Positions 1 to 13,066 are shown, numbered from the stretch's first letter. The stretch is DNA of 64,000 nucleotides from Nemertoderma westbladi (GCA_032718475.1 JAUCBJ010002686.1:36707-100706); one strand, 5' to 3'. Notes: generated by a model not told the origin, from the letters alone. Made by a program: numbers and translations.

Positions 1-35
1 GAAAGCAACGTGTACCTGCGAATTGAGAGTTGAAG
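1..35 (+). CDS. TTN: Titin-like exon, 3' end only (Ig G-strand KATCTCELRVE)
   Basis: Ends GAAG|GTAAGA, phase 1, matching the next exon. Confidence 0.8.
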
Positions 36-503
36 GTAAGATGAAACAGGCATCAGGGTGGTGGGGGGCACACATACCGGCACAAACACCTAAGACAAAT
101 AATGACAGTATGATTATAAAGCTTGTCTAATTTTGTGGAAAATTTGTACATTTTCACAAAAATCAATAGCGGAAAACTGAAGGGTAATCATTGGGATTTT
201 CATCAATGAATAATTTATTCTGCCCTTAAGGGAATTTTTTCGATGTGGGTGTTGTGTTGTCTGCAGCAGATGGGAAAGGAGCAGGTTACAGTTACATGTT
301 ATTCTTACCAAAACAATAAATGAGAGTCAATAAGGACTGGGTAAATTGGTTACAGGTTAATTTTTACATCATTAGATTTTGCAGTGGAGAGCGATGAATT
401 TTTATTGTTTCAAGAGTCTCCCCTACATTCTTACCAAATATGACACCAGATTACTACAGTATGATCTATTTTTAGTGACACATTTTCGTTCATGTCCCTA
501 CAG

Positions 504-800
504 AATCAGTTGATGCACCTGAATTCCTCGACAAATTACTTAGCCAAACCCTGCAAGTAGGCGAGAGAGCTGTTCTAGAATGCGTGCTTCACCCTGGCAA
601 CCCTGATCCTGAGGTGCATTGGATGTGCGGTAATTCTCGACTGTTTCCCGGTCCGCGCGTTCACATCTCTGTCGGCGATGGGAATCGACGTCACAGCCTC
701 GTCATAGATGACGTCACAGCTGATGATGTGGCGACCTACCAGTGTATAGCGGAGAATCCTGTGGGAAGGGCGACCACTGGTTGCGAACTGAGGGTAGATG
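504..800 (+). CDS. TTN: Titin-like exon, 1 Ig domain
   Basis: ctacag|AATCAGTT ... GATG|gtgagt; 297 bp, phase 1-1; APEFLDKL...DVATYQCIAEN. Confidence 0.92.
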
Positions 801-1158
801 GTGAGTCCGTTGGGTTGTGGAAAGGTTGCATGGGTGGAGATTTCCATTACCAATACTTTAAGTATAAACAAATAGTATCCGGTAAGTCATTATACGGTCT
901 CGGTTTCCATAACTCCAGCTGGAGTGGAATTTCAAATCATTTACAAGGTGAGTCTTTCCGCGATACTAACAATGTTGATTTTTTCTCATTTCTGCTATTT
1001 TTCACTAACAAAAATACGTAATTTTCTGCATGAAAAGTAAATATTTATGCATGATGTGCGGTATGGTGATAGCCGAGAGTGGTCCAAATATCCCCCATCA
1101 CGGGTAAACAACGACACTAACAATAAGTACCTTCGGCATGAATTTATTAACCCCACAG

Positions 1159-2895
1159 ATATCAGAGGAGTGCCCCCGGAGTTTGTCGAGAAACTGGAGA
1201 AGAAACAATGCAAGGAAGACGAGAAGGTGGAGTTCAACTGTGAGATAATCGCGGACCCGGATCCCGAGGTCACGTGGTACATGAACAATCGGATCGTGAC
1301 CACCGGGCCGGGGTTCCTCGTCTCACGGGACGGGAACAAACACCAGCTGGTTGTGAAGAAAGCGGGAGCCCATCACGAAGGTCGATATTCGGTTGTGGCG
1401 AGCAACAAGTTCGGTCGGAGTTCATCCGAGGCGAGTCTAACGGTGAAACTCGAGGGAACAGCCCCGGCTGTTAACTTGCCTCTCCGGGATAAAGTTTGCA
1501 ACGAAGATGAGAAGGTACGGTTGGAGTGTAAGGTTGGCGGTGATCCGGAACCGTTGGTGGTGTGGACGCGCGACGGACGGCCCGTGCGGGAGACTCCGGA
1601 ATGCGTTGTAGGTCGGGAACAGGGGAACCACTTCCTGGACCTAGTGAAGGCCAAGGTGTCGGACGCCGGTCTGTACTCGATTAGCGCGCAGAATAAACTG
1701 GGTCGTACGACGACCTCCTGCCGACTTCGAGTCAACATGATCGGGTTGATTCCGACATTCGTTGGGAAGATCGCGGACCACATCTGCAACGAGGGCGATA
1801 AAGTCGCGTTCAACATCACGGTGAACGGCGATCCGGAACCGAGAGTCACGTGGTCCTTAAATCGGAGAACTCTAAGCAAAACCTCCGATATTGAAATTAA
1901 TCAGAACGGTAAACAACACACATTAACGCTGTTAAACACGAAAGTTAACGATTCGGGTTATTATTCTGTTACGGCTGAGAATAAAATAGGAAGAGTGAAC
2001 TCAGAGGGGAGATTAACCGTAAAACAGGTTGGAACTGCTCCAAAGTTTATTAAACGTTTAGTTTCCGATATAGTTGTTACCGAGGGCGATAAAGTCGTAC
2101 TTGAGAGCGTTGTGAATGCTGACCCCGATCCGGAAGTGAGCTGGTACTTTAATCAGAGACCACAACGAGAAAATAACGATATTGCCATCACTCGAGAAAA
2201 AGATAAGTACATTCTAACAATAAAACGTGCCAAGTTAAGCGACGGAGGTGGTTATTCATTTGAAGCGCAAAATAAGATCGGGAGAATTAACTCGAATTGT
2301 AGACTGACCGTGAAAGCCTTAGGCGTGGCTCCAGGGGTTGTGGGTCACGGTCTCACGGATCAGCACTGCGTCGAAGGGGACAGAGTTCGGTTCGAGTGCC
2401 AAGTCAGTGGCGATCCGGATCCGACGGTAACGTGGTTTACTAATAACAGACCGATTTCCCGAGGGCCGGAGTTCGATGTGGTAGTCGCCAGGGATCGTCA
2501 CACGTTGGTGTTAAAGGATGCGAAAATGAAACACGCGGGTTTCTATTCGCTAACGGCTGAAAATCCGCTGGGGCGCTCGAATAACGAGTGTCGGTTAACC
2601 GTGAAGGCGAGAGGGATTGCTCCGTCCTTCGTAGACAAGTTAGAGGATCGGGTTTGCCGAGAGGGGGATCTCGTTCAGTTCGATATCCAAGTTAAAGGTG
2701 ACCCGAAACCGGCGATATCGTGGACGTATAACAACCGTCCGATACCCCGGGGACCCGCCGTTACCATCGTAGAAGACGACGATCAACACGCATTGATTCT
2801 AAAGGCCGCGACGATGAAAGACATGGGCGGCTACGGCGTGGTTGCACAGAACTCCGAGGGGAAGGCGACATCCAACGCCAGACTTATCGTGGAAG
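1159..2895 (+). CDS. TTN: Titin-like exon, 6 tandem Ig domains
   Basis: ccacag|ATATC ... GGAAG|gtatgt; 1737 bp, phase 1-1; six EG(D/E)KV...DPDPEV-W units. Confidence 0.95.
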
Positions 2896-3176
2896 GTATG
2901 TCGTCTTATAAACAGAGAGACTCACGACTTACATTCTAAATGACAATACAATTGGGATACTTTTTTACAATCGATCGAGTAATAATTTTTGTGAGGTCGA
3001 GGTCATATTTTAAATACTAGTGATTTGAAATTAAAACAAAGTTTCTTCAAATAAATAGGTCGAAGAATAAATGTTTAGTATTCGGTGCGTTTTTTTAATA
3101 TGTTATAGGGCCTAGTTGGATAGATATACTAATACTAATGCACGTCTGCATGTGGTTCTTCTGATTTATTTTATAG

Positions 3177-3464
3177 CCATTACTGAACCTCCCCGATTCT
3201 TTGAAAAACTATCAAACAAATCGGTGATGGACGGAGAAAAATTGTACCTGGAATGCCGTGTGAAAGGAATCCCTGAGCCATCGGTATCCTGGCAACGGAA
3301 TAATGTGCCCTTGAGGAACTCAGCCGGAGTACAGATACAGACCGTCGGGGACCGTGCCAGTCTATCAGTTGCTAGGGCAACACAAGGAGATGGCGGGACC
3401 TACACAGCGATTGCTGAGAACAAGATTGGCCGCGACACAACTTCGTCTTTCGTCACTGTAGAAG
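3177..3464 (+). CDS. TTN: Titin-like exon, 1 Ig domain
   Basis: ttatag|CCATT ... GAAG|gtttgg; 288 bp, phase 1-1. Confidence 0.92.
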
Positions 3465-3566
3465 GTTTGGAAAGTATAGTTTATTTTATTATTAGATTTT
3501 TTAAGTATTATTTGAAGTTGTATAACATTTTCTTTGATTACCGGTTGTAATGTTGCTTGGTTACAG

Positions 3567-3857
3567 CAAAGAGAGAGGCCCCGCCAATATTTGTGAAGCC
3601 ACTGACTGACATGTCTGTAAAAGTTGGGGACAAGGTGCGGATGGAAGCCCGAGTCAAAGCGAGTCGTAGCCCCAGTGTTAAATGGTTTTATGAGTCTATC
3701 CCCCTTAAACACACTTTGGTAACTCAAATATCAGCCAACAAGGAAACACTTACCTTGTTCCTACCGAACGCAGGCACTAACCATTCAGGGAATTACACGT
3801 GTCTCGCCTCCAATTGGTTCGGTGATGCCAAAACCTCTTGTAAGCTGATGGTTCAAG
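3567..3857 (+). CDS. TTN: Titin-like exon, 1 Ig domain
   Basis: ttacag|CAAAG ... CAAG|gtatgc; 291 bp, phase 1-1. Confidence 0.92.
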
Positions 3858-4359
3858 GTATGCCCTTAGCCATTGCCATATTGGCAATAATCACATTCAC
3901 CATTCACCTAGAATGTTTGATTTCATACCGTCGTTGGTAAAAGTTTACACTTCTCACTATTTCAAACACCTTTAATTGATTTGGATTTCATTATTCAATT
4001 GGCCTATAGAATTCGGTATACCCCGACATATAGAAATGTATTTATTCTATAATAATAATATCTCCTGATTTTAATCAAATCTGATTTTCTCCTGATATTC
4101 ATCAATTAATTAGATTTTATTTCAGCAAACAAATAACACTAAATCGATAGTCTACATTTTCCAAAACTTATCTGCGGGCGATGTCATTTTCCTTTATAAT
4201 TTAGTTGTTTTATGTTGTCTTTCACCTCACTATTCCGCCGTATTACTTATATTTGACCACCGTTATAGGTTAATATGAAGGCAATAGCCTTGGGAAAACT
4301 CGAAACTAAAAAAACGGAGATAGTGGGGGGGGGGGGGGGGGGGGGAGTGGAACTGGACT

Positions 4360-4560
4360 CAAATCCCATCTCGGCGAATTAAAATCTCGGCTTGCTGTTA
4401 AATTATCAATTTAGGGAAAGGAACAAGTTACAGTGGCACGATATTCTAGCCAACACAATAAACAGGTCATAACAGGTTACAGTTTTATTTTTGAGTTTTA
4501 TCAGCTGTAAGTGCTTCATGTTTCCATTGGAGAGGGATGCATTTTAATTGCGTCGAAAGC
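4360..4560 (+). repeat. Dispersed repeat fragment, related copy at ~58964-59535
   Basis: Shared blocks CAAATCCCATCTC.GCGAATT, GTTACAGTGGCACG.TATTCTA, GGTTACAGTTTTATTTT and ATTGCGTC.AAAG in the same order. Confidence 0.7.
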
Positions 4561-4633
4561 CCCCCCACCCCATCTATCTATAGAAAAAATATAAATTCAA
4601 TATTTACCAAACAGCCCTTCTCCCTTTTTACAG

Positions 4634-4921
4634 AGATTTTGGATAAACCCCAGATATTAGACCCCCTTCGCGAACAAACCGTCGCAGATGGAAGTCGGGT
4701 TCGTTTCGAGACTCGAGTTAAAGGGACCCCGGATCCCAAAGTCACGTGGTTCGTAAACCGTCGGGAACTGCGCCCATCCAGGGGCGTGGTCATAGAGGCG
4801 ACCAGAGACCGGCATTCGGTTGCACTGGAGACCGTTCGGGTAGCAGACAGCGGTACGATCTCTCTGGAAGCTGTAAATAAAGCAGGCAGAGCCACCGCTG
4901 AATGCAAGCTTGTAGTGGAAG
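4634..4921 (+). CDS. TTN: Titin-like exon, 1 Ig domain
   Basis: ttacag|AGATT ... GAAG|gtatta; 288 bp, phase 1-1. Confidence 0.92.
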
Positions 4922-5303
4922 GTATTACAGACCCCATTCCTATTAGTGAGACCTGATTACTTTCTTGATAAGTTATCAAAAAGTCCTTCATATTTTGGAA
5001 AAATTACATATTCAAGCATTTGTTTTCGTAATAAATGAGAACGCTTAACTCGTATTAATTGTGCCAGTTGAACCTGAAATCGCAAACTTTGGTTGTTTTT
5101 TTAATTTTTGCGGTGTTAATACAATCACCATGTTTGCAATCCATGACGCTGAATGGCTGTAATAAACTCAGTAGTTTATTAACTTTCATTATTAATGTGT
5201 ACCGTAAGTTTACTGCATGTTTTTGCAAACTTATACCTAACAACTGTAGGGCCTACGTTTAGTAATAATTGCATGATATAGCATGTTAATGTTTTACTAA
5301 CAG

Positions 5304-5597
5304 AACCTACGGAAGCCCCCAAGTTCCTGGATTCACCGCGCTTAGCGCCAATCAAAGTCAGAGAATCTGAGACCGCGAAGTTTTCGTGCCGAGTTCGCGG
5401 CCTGCCGGAACCGGAAGTCCGTTGGTACCGGGACGACGCGGAGATCCGACGTCAGGGCCGGTTCCTTCCCTCTCAGGATCGCGATCTCCACACCCTGGAG
5501 ATCAGGAAGTGTTTCCTAACTGATAGCGGGAATTACCGGGTCGAGGCGGTCAATAAGGCGGGTCGCGCCCAGGGCGAGGCGAGCCTCACGGTGGAAG
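5304..5597 (+). CDS. TTN: Titin-like exon, 1 Ig domain (absent from ORF track)
   Basis: actaacag|AACCT ... GAAG|gtaagt; translates EAPKFLDS...FSCRVRGLPEPEVRWYRD...DSGNYRVEAVN. Confidence 0.92.
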
Positions 5598-6334
5598 GTA
5601 AGTTCGGTTATAGGAGAAGGATGGAAGAACTCTTGGAGGTGGTTATCTCGCCAACCTCAAGGTTTCGGTTATTATTATATAGTATTATTAGGCAGTGAGT
5701 GATAAAACTAGACTCCGCCTTGAACAGTTTGCTAAACTCAGGTTAGTATGTATTTGAAACAGATTTATTCATGCGTATATAATATATTATTTATTTATAT
5801 TATGAATTATAATGAATATTGTGTAGCCAAGGAGAACTAATCTACTAACTGTAGTAGAGTTGTCCTTGTGTGTAGCTGACGAACTATCGTTCCTGCCGTT
5901 GGCCTTTCAACGGTGTATCATGGCTTAATCAAACTACGTTAAACTCAACTGATTTGTTTAATTAAATATCATTTGTTATGGTTTTGTGTTCATCAACATA
6001 AACTTGTTCTCATATATTTAGATCCAAATTGGCGGGACTTCCGCCCGACACTCTCATTGACTTTTAAACAAAATTTCAGACAAGTTGTCGGTAATCATTT
6101 AATCAGGGGACGTGTGTATGATTGATAAAAATAATCGACGTTTTAGCTGAAACGAAAGAAAACAAACAAAATTATTACTAATATCACCCGACCGTAATTA
6201 TCACCTAACGTCTTAGACTTCGATCGCCCCAAATATTATTTATTCCCTCTCTAACATAGATATTACAATATATTTTCCAACCATACACCGCTTATTGCCA
6301 TCCTTAACCAGTTTATCCGCTGGTTGATTTCTAG

Positions 6335-6620
6335 ACATTTCTCGCCCACCGGCAATAGAAGGTCTACAGAACCAACGTGTAAGTCCCGGCGACCGTGCGA
6401 TCTTTGTTGCTAAGGTAACCGGTGTACCGGAGCCCAACGTCCAATGGTTGGTCGACGATCGACCCGTGGGCGGTGATTGCCTAGCAACCCGTCATGGCAA
6501 CGAACATACGTTGACGATTAACGAGGTTTTCCCCGATGACGACGCCTCTTACAAGATCGTCGCTCAAAACAAAGCCGGAAAGGCCCAGAAGAGCGCGCGA
6601 CTGGATGTAGAGAAACCGCG
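6335..6620 (+). CDS. TTN: Titin-like exon, 1 Ig domain (absent from ORF track)
   Basis: ttctag|ACATT ... CCGCG|gtaagt; phase 1-2; VTGVPEPNVQW...VFPDDDASYKIVAQN. Confidence 0.9.
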
Positions 6621-6854
6621 GTAAGTTATAATTACTTTATTCGGGGAAACCTGTAAAGTAAAAATTTATATGATTATTTTACTGTTATTCTGCTTTACTC
6701 TCTTTTTCCGCTAATTTTATGATATTAGAACTCGCCGTTACATAAATTTTACTTTGTCAGACAGAGAACTGGACAAACAGATTTTGTGTTTTATAGTTAC
6801 GCTTTTCCAAAGTATAGCACTCAACTAAAATATGTATATTTTTTTCATTTCTAG

Positions 6855-7226
6855 ACAACACACGATTTTAAGGAATCAAGAACCTAAATTTCTCAGCCAG
6901 GTCACGGTTCCTGATAACGGTGTCCGTGAAGGCACTCCTGTTACCATCAGCTGCACCGTAACCGGCCATCCTAAACCCTCGGTTCGCTGGGAGAAAGACG
7001 GCGCCCCTTGCGACGGTAATCGCAACATTAAATTGGAATACCGCGAAGCGAAACCGTTACCGGGGCTGCGGGATTCGCGAGCGGGGCAACCGCCCCTGTA
7101 CGAGGCGGTAGTCCACATTGCGAGGAGCCGATTGGACGACGCCGGGGAGTTCGCGTGCATAGCAACCAATAGCACTGGAGTGGCTCAGTCTAGGGGAATA
7201 CTGACGGTTCATCGCGACGAACAAAC
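6855..7226 (+). CDS. TTN: Titin-like exon, 1 Ig domain with an inserted loop
   Basis: ttctag|ACAAC ... CAAAC|gtgagt; phase 2-2. Confidence 0.9.
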
Positions 7227-7429
7227 GTGAGTCTCTATCCGGATAAAATATGTAATAGTTATTGGGGGTAAAAATTCAGCATAATTTGTATCTCAAATAG
7301 ACTTTATTCCAAAATTGTAACATTACTCAATGCCGTTAGTATGAACTATAATAGCGAGTTGGTATTTGGCACTTTACAACTTTTGAGGACATTACAGCAT
7401 TGTATTGGCCTGTACAATAAGTATTATAT

Positions 7430-9490
7430 TGGTGTATTATTATTATGTAATGTCCCGGCAGCGTGACTGTATTGCCACGCCGTTATGGTTACCACATAAA
7501 CAATAGGGTATTTATTATTAATTGCCTGACAGCCAGATACTACTAAGATCGGCATGCTGCATTGTAGCTCCATTTTTAAGAATGCTGTGCCGGCTTGTCG
7601 ACAAAATTGCGCCGCCACAATTTCCTATCACCCATGACATTTGCTAGATCAGCCGCATCTTCAAGGCCACTGTCCTTTAAGATGCGTCTCAAGAAAGTCC
7701 TGGGCTGTCCACCATGCTTATTCACTCCATGAGGCTGCCAAAGCACAAGATTATACACTGACTGGTCCTCACGGCGAAAGCAATGTCCTGCAAAGCGGAG
7801 GCGACTTTGTTCTAGTGTCAAGCTTGGGGGAACCAATGAGACACCTCCAATGTTATATAGTGTCGGGTTGGAGATGTGTGCATTGTACTTGACACAGTGA
7901 ACCCGGCGTAACATTCTCGTGAATGTGCCATCCAAAGATTTGGTGTCCTCAGCAATTAGAGCCCAGCATGGAATCCCATAGAGGAGTACTGGAACTACTG
8001 CTGCTCTAAATAATCGGACCTTAAGTTTCCGATTAATTCTCGGTGACTTACAAATCCTGGAAAGCCTATTCAAGGCTCCCCATACCTTATATCCCTTACG
8101 TATTCGAAGGTCCTCACCTGACTTCCGGATCCATGATCCCAGGTAACAGAAGTCGTCCAGATGCTCAAGCATACCATCCTTTGAGCTTTATGCTTATCCG
8201 GACAGAGACTTGCTGAGGACTTTCAAAGTTAACTGTCAAAATGTTGGTCTTTTTGGAGTTAATAAAAAGACCAACACTAGAAGCAGCCTGTTATAATGAG
8301 CTGAGGAGCCGTTGGGTTCCCTCTAGTGATTCTGAAAGTACTCCTAAGTCACCAGCAAAGTCTAGATCAGTTAGGTACTTGGTAGGATTTCCTCGACTTC
8401 TGGAGCCAGTAGGTGGAGTTATCATCACCCCATCATCATTATGATGATCTAAGGACATGCGTAGAACATAGTCAACCACAATTATGATCAAGAATGGTGC
8501 AAGTGTGCCTCCTTGGAGGACTCCCCATAATTCTTCAAATGGTTCTGTGTCACCATCAACAGTAGACACAAATATTGTCGAACCATCGTATACTAATCTG
8601 ATTGCTGCAATAATTTCATCAGGAATCCCATATAATGAAAGTATGCTGAACATACGTGAGCGAGAGACTGAATCAAAGGCCTTGAAGAAGTCAACAAAAT
8701 TAACAGCCGGGTAGGTGTCTGTCTTTCTTTTTTGATAACTCTTCAATTATCCTTCTAAGTGCCAAAATGGGCTCCATGGTCCCACGACCTTTACGGAACC
8801 CATTCTGATTTCCACGGAGCAGTCTGTCAATGGGATCGCTGATGCGATTTAATATAATTATATTGTATAGCTTTGCAGCAATCGAGATTCTCCGAAAAGA
8901 ACCATAGAGTGTTAGTTGCCCTTCTTGGGAACTGGCACGAACTTATTTGTTTTCATTTCTTGTGGGACTATTGTTGTTCTGTAGTACATGTCTACTATGA
9001 TGGGATAGATGACCTTTAAACATTCAGGTATTTTAAAGACCTCAGGGGGAACACCATCTACTCCACTGGCACGATTGGTCTTAATGCTCTTTGCAGCAGC
9101 CTTCACTTCTGCAAAGGAGATATCGCCAATGGGAATATCTGGGAGTACAGACTCAGACACTTTTACTTCTATAAAGTTATCAGGCAATACCATGTGATTA
9201 TTGAGGAGCTTTTCAAAGTGGGCCTTCCAAACCATTGAGGCGATCCGCTGGTGATTCTGCCTTAACCTTGAATGGTTGGTTGGCTTTTCCGCCCAGTAAA
9301 CAAGTTGATCGATTTCCATGCCTGGGATGATTGCCTGCTGTCGTCAGCATCATTGATGGCATCAACCTGTTGGTTTATTAGCTCCTGTAGATTAACAGAG
9401 TACTGCCTGTTCAGGGACCTAGATGCAGCCTTAACTGCATTCTTGGCCGCTGTTTTCTGTTTGAGTCGGGACTCTTTCTGCGCCTTATAG
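7430..9490 (-). mobile_element. Decayed, 5'-truncated non-LTR retrotransposon (RTE-like LINE), reverse transcriptase region, antisense in intron
   Basis: Frameshifted ORF pieces 9319-8912, 8746-8291 and 8172-7576 carry RT motifs ASGVDG, NQNGFRKGRGT, FVDFFKAFDSV, GVLQGGTLAP, LDFAGDL (degenerate YADD), FCYLGS and the RTE-type C-terminal RLRFAGH. There is a short (TAA)n-like tail near 7436-7445. Ends are approximate. Confidence 0.9.
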
Positions 9491-9734
9491 GGGTCATTTC
9501 GGCAGCCAGATAGGCCTACTGCATTACCTACCGGTAGGCGGGGTATAGCTATTAATAACCAGTAGGGCCTACTGTAGCTCTATGATTATAACATGGCTCC
9601 AAACGCCACCATAAATATAATCGAACTTATTTATAACATAATTTATGTCATTTGTACATTTATTTATTCAGCAATTAATACAATTTGTGCAGTTTCTACC
9701 AGTTATAATGTATATGTATAATCATTTCGTAATG

Positions 9735-9840
9735 TTACAATTTTGGAATTAAACTACACACGTTCTTGTTGCAAAGTACTTTACAGTGTTCTGATCCTCG
9801 TGGCTTTATTTTCACTCACTCACTAAACGTTCGTTCGTGT
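9735..9840. repeat. Dispersed repeat fragment, inverted copy at ~25888-26025
   Basis: AAAGTACTT.ACA.TGTTCTGATCCTCGT...TCACTCACTA...CGTTCGT matches the reverse complement of 25888-25952; TTACAATTTTGGAA is also shared. Confidence 0.7.
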
Positions 9841-10243
9841 AACAAAGCACTCGGATCATCACACTGAAAAGTGCTACTTTACACATAAGTATGTAAATAG
9901 TTATTACAAAGAGGAATTGATTTTGATATGGCTGAGAGGTTCTGTTAACAAATGCTGCGGCATTGTTGACTGTCTTGTTCTTTTATCCCATTCTGTGGAA
10001 AAAATTGAGGCGTCACTATGCGTCATGTGTTTGAACAAATCTTTTTTAAATTTCTGTCTGGTGGGATTGTTCAATAAATCATTAAAATGCAATTCATGGA
10101 AAATTGGCAAAGAAAAAAATATTCGCAAGAAACTCGTTGTTTTTTTACTCGCAATGATATATAGTTAAAAAAATTGCTTAGCATTTCTAAAATGGATTCG
10201 TCCCTTAATTCTCTATACCACCCCCCCCCCCCCCCCCCCGCAG

Positions 10244-10405
10244 TGCCACAGCTTCTCCTCCCGAGGTTGTAACTCACACTCGCCCCTGTAAGATGGTTGA
10301 TGGCGGTCACGCCTTATTCGAATGCCATTTATCTGGCTATCCTCGACCCCAAGTGGAATGGTTCAAAGGCCGAGAAGACAGACGATCTGTTCCAGACACT
10401 ATAAG
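10244..10405 (+). CDS. TTN: Titin-like exon, N-half of Ig domain (Z4-like)
   Basis: poly-C-gcag|TGCC ... ATAAG|gtaaat; phase 2-2; KMVDGGHALFECHLSGYPRPQVEWFK. Confidence 0.88.
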
Positions 10406-10855
10406 GTAAATAATTAATTAATATCGTATATTATAATTAAATTATTATTAGTAGTTAGTATAATATTTAATAATTATATAACATGATGATAATATTGCAT
10501 ATTCAACAATTTAATCTAATCTTTGTGATTCGGAAATTATTTGTAATTGCCTAGAAAATAAAATTAACATTTTATTAAAATATTTATTGTTTTAAGTTGA
10601 TAATCATTTCTAATGTGCTTCTTGATCAATGAAAACCATAGAACCCCAATATTGAATATGTAAATAGGATGGACAGAAGTATCTCGACCGGATACATACC
10701 CCCCAATCATTCCTATAACCCCCTCCCTAACATTCTTCGTTCGATAATGAATTCGCTATTTACGTTTCTCTCTCTACATTTTACTGTATGTATCGCTATA
10801 TAATTATTTACGCATCTGCTATATGATACATTCAATGACACAGTAATTGATTGTT

Positions 10856-12085
10856 TCAATCATATAAGTAAACTTCGCTCCAATCTTCGTTGCCTCTCTC
10901 GATGTATTCAACATATTCATTGCCAGTCCCCTTTGCGCGACCAAATCTGGGGCCTTTCTTCGTTTTTACCAAACCTTTACTCAAATAGTATTTGCAAGTA
11001 ATTTCGCTCTTTTCCGGCCATTGTATATAGTTTTCCTTAGTTGGTCCTTCTATTCTGAGGATGGATTTATTTGTTGGTTCTTCTTCGTCGTTATCATTAT
11101 AACTTATATCAGAATCGACTGCTGGACGAGTACTACTCTCTTTTAGAATGCGAATAACTCCATTGCCATAGGAAATATCGTAATTCCGTTTTATTCCCAA
11201 CCTTTTTATCTCCGGTGTGTTGCTGTTCCTCAGGAACAAAGTCTTGTCCGTATGAAGTAACTCCATCCCTTTGGTATCGAACTCAATGAAGAACTTTTTA
11301 TTTCCACTTCTCGTTGTAAATTTTAATGTAATCGATTTGATCCCGTTGGCATAGTAATCGTTTCCGCAGAGAAGTGCTAATTTGAGGTTGTCGTCGATAC
11401 GAGAAACTCCTTGACGTTTTCTGTCTATCAATATAATAATTAGAAATAAGAGCACCAGTCCGGCTATGAAACATACAAATGGCCAGTGAAAAAAACCAAT
11501 GTGTGCGCAGTCGAGGAAGTTGATGCTAATAAAACTGGGCTGTTTGCTTGTTGGTTTCTCTTGGAATTCATCTTTTGTAGTATCAACAAGTTGACATGAG
11601 TAGTTTCCAGCCTGTTTGCGGGAACAGCCAATGAATACAAAGTCGACATAATATGGCTGAAGTTTGGAATGTTCTGGAATAAGTTCTGGGTAGGGTTTGT
11701 CTGGTTGGTTGTAGAAGGCAGCACTTACACATTCGCACGCCGCTATTCCCTTCTCTAAGACCATCGCATTGGATGTGTCGGAACTGTTGGGGTGAGCTGT
11801 GGCAACTACCTCCTGTTTTGGACTTCCTTCTCTAGTTACCACCAGCCGTGTTTTCCTGCTTGCGGGGTTTCTATTTTTGTCGTACGACACGCAGTAAATA
11901 CTCCAGTCCACTTGGTACTCACAATAGTTTACACGTGATCCAGTTTCCACGCTAACATTAAGAGGATTCTGCGGCACAAACATTGTAAAAATACCGTTAT
12001 TACTAATTTCTGCTGCTGTGACTTCTTTTGAAGAAAACACAAATAGTAAATAAATAATAAGAGATAACCAGTATTTCGGTTCCAT
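10856..12085 (-). CDS. Nested intronless antisense gene: predicted type I membrane protein (signal peptide, one Ig-like ectodomain, TM helix, ~185-aa cytoplasmic tail)
   Basis: 409-aa uninterrupted ORF in AT-rich intron. Hydrophobic N-terminus (WLSLIIYLLFVFSS), Ig-like C...W spacing and AGNYSCQL motif, TM FVCFIAGLVLLFLIIILID followed by RKR. TATA-like element near 12283 and AATAAA on the - strand near 10571-10588. Confidence 0.75.
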   Translation of the reverse strand: MEPKYWLSLIIYLLFVFSSKEVTAAEISNNGIFTMFVPQNPLNVSVETGSRVNYCEYQVDWSIYCVSYDKNRNPASRKTRLVVTREGSPKQEVVATAHPNSSDTSNAMVLEKGIAACECVSAAFYNQPDKPYPELIPEHSKLQPYYVDFVFIGCSRKQAGNYSCQLVDTTKDEFQEKPTSKQPSFISINFLDCAHIGFFHWPFVCFIAGLVLLFLIIILIDRKRQGVSRIDDNLKLALLCGNDYYANGIKSITLKFTTRSGNKKFFIEFDTKGMELLHTDKTLFLRNSNTPEIKRLGIKRNYDISYGNGVIRILKESSTRPAVDSDISYNDNDEEEPTNKSILRIEGPTKENYIQWPEKSEITCKYYLSKGLVKTKKGPRFGRAKGTGNEYVEYIERGNEDWSEVYLYD

Positions 12086-12636
12086 TTTAGAAATTCACAA
12101 GTTAACTTTATAAAAATTGGGACTCTAAGTTAAAAACATAAAAACATACAAGACAAAATTAAAGATATTGTATAGAATAACGATGAATTTTACTAATAAT
12201 TCATCTATATATAATAATTCAAACGTGCTAATAATATCAGCTATTATAGTCCTCGTGGTGCAAAGTATAATGCTAAGGTTTCCTATATAAGGATGACGGT
12301 TATGATAAGAAAGGCTATATGAAGGAAAATTATTAATATTATAACCTTATGTTTGCTTTCAATCATTGTCAATCTTATTCTTATTTATCTTTGCGGTTCT
12401 ATGCATTATTTCACAGATATTATATTGTTTGGTGAAATATTTCATGAGATAAATGAGATAAATCAGTTACGTCTGAAATAATTTATCTTTGCAAATGTCA
12501 ACAGATCTGATTAAAGTTCAATTGGACCTTTTCCATCTTATCTTTTTCTACCTTCATATAATTTCCATGTTAGTCATTCCAGCAGTCTTTTCTAATAAAT
12601 ATCTGTCCTATAATAATTTAATGATCTCCATCTCAG

Positions 12637-13066
12637 GTACAAACAGATGTACGACGAACCGACGGGATACTGCGGTCTGTCAATCTCGATGCTGAATCGG
12701 GACGACGTTGATACCTACACCTGTCGGGCGTCCAACCCACTCGGACAGATCGAATCCTCAGCCCAACTGCTGGAATCCGACGCCTACGAACAGTGGCTCG
12801 TCAAGGAACAACAGCAATCATTCAAGGCGGAGTTGGACAACAAGGTTCGCAGCGGGCGGCCCTCCCGTCCCGAGAACAGCCAGTTCTACACGGCCAAGTA
12901 CGAGAGGTACCTGCAGCACAGTTCGGAGAAGCGAATGTCCGAGTACGATTACGCGAGTTCGGTTACCAGCGGAGGTTCCGATCTCCGATCCATGCAAACC
13001 TTCGAGGAACGCTTACTGTACGAGATCAGTTACCGTGAGGAACTGCTAAGGACTGTCGACGCCCAA
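12637..13066 (+). CDS. TTN: Titin-like exon, C-half of Ig domain plus conserved linker
   Basis: tctcag|GTACAAA ... GCCCAA|gtaagg; phase 2-0; SAQLLESDAYE and TFEERLLYEISYR motifs. Confidence 0.92.

Noticed and set aside
7430-9490. Active retrotransposon or domesticated RT
   Set aside because: Multiple frameshifts and stops, catalytic motif degenerated to FAGD, and no endonuclease domain visible.
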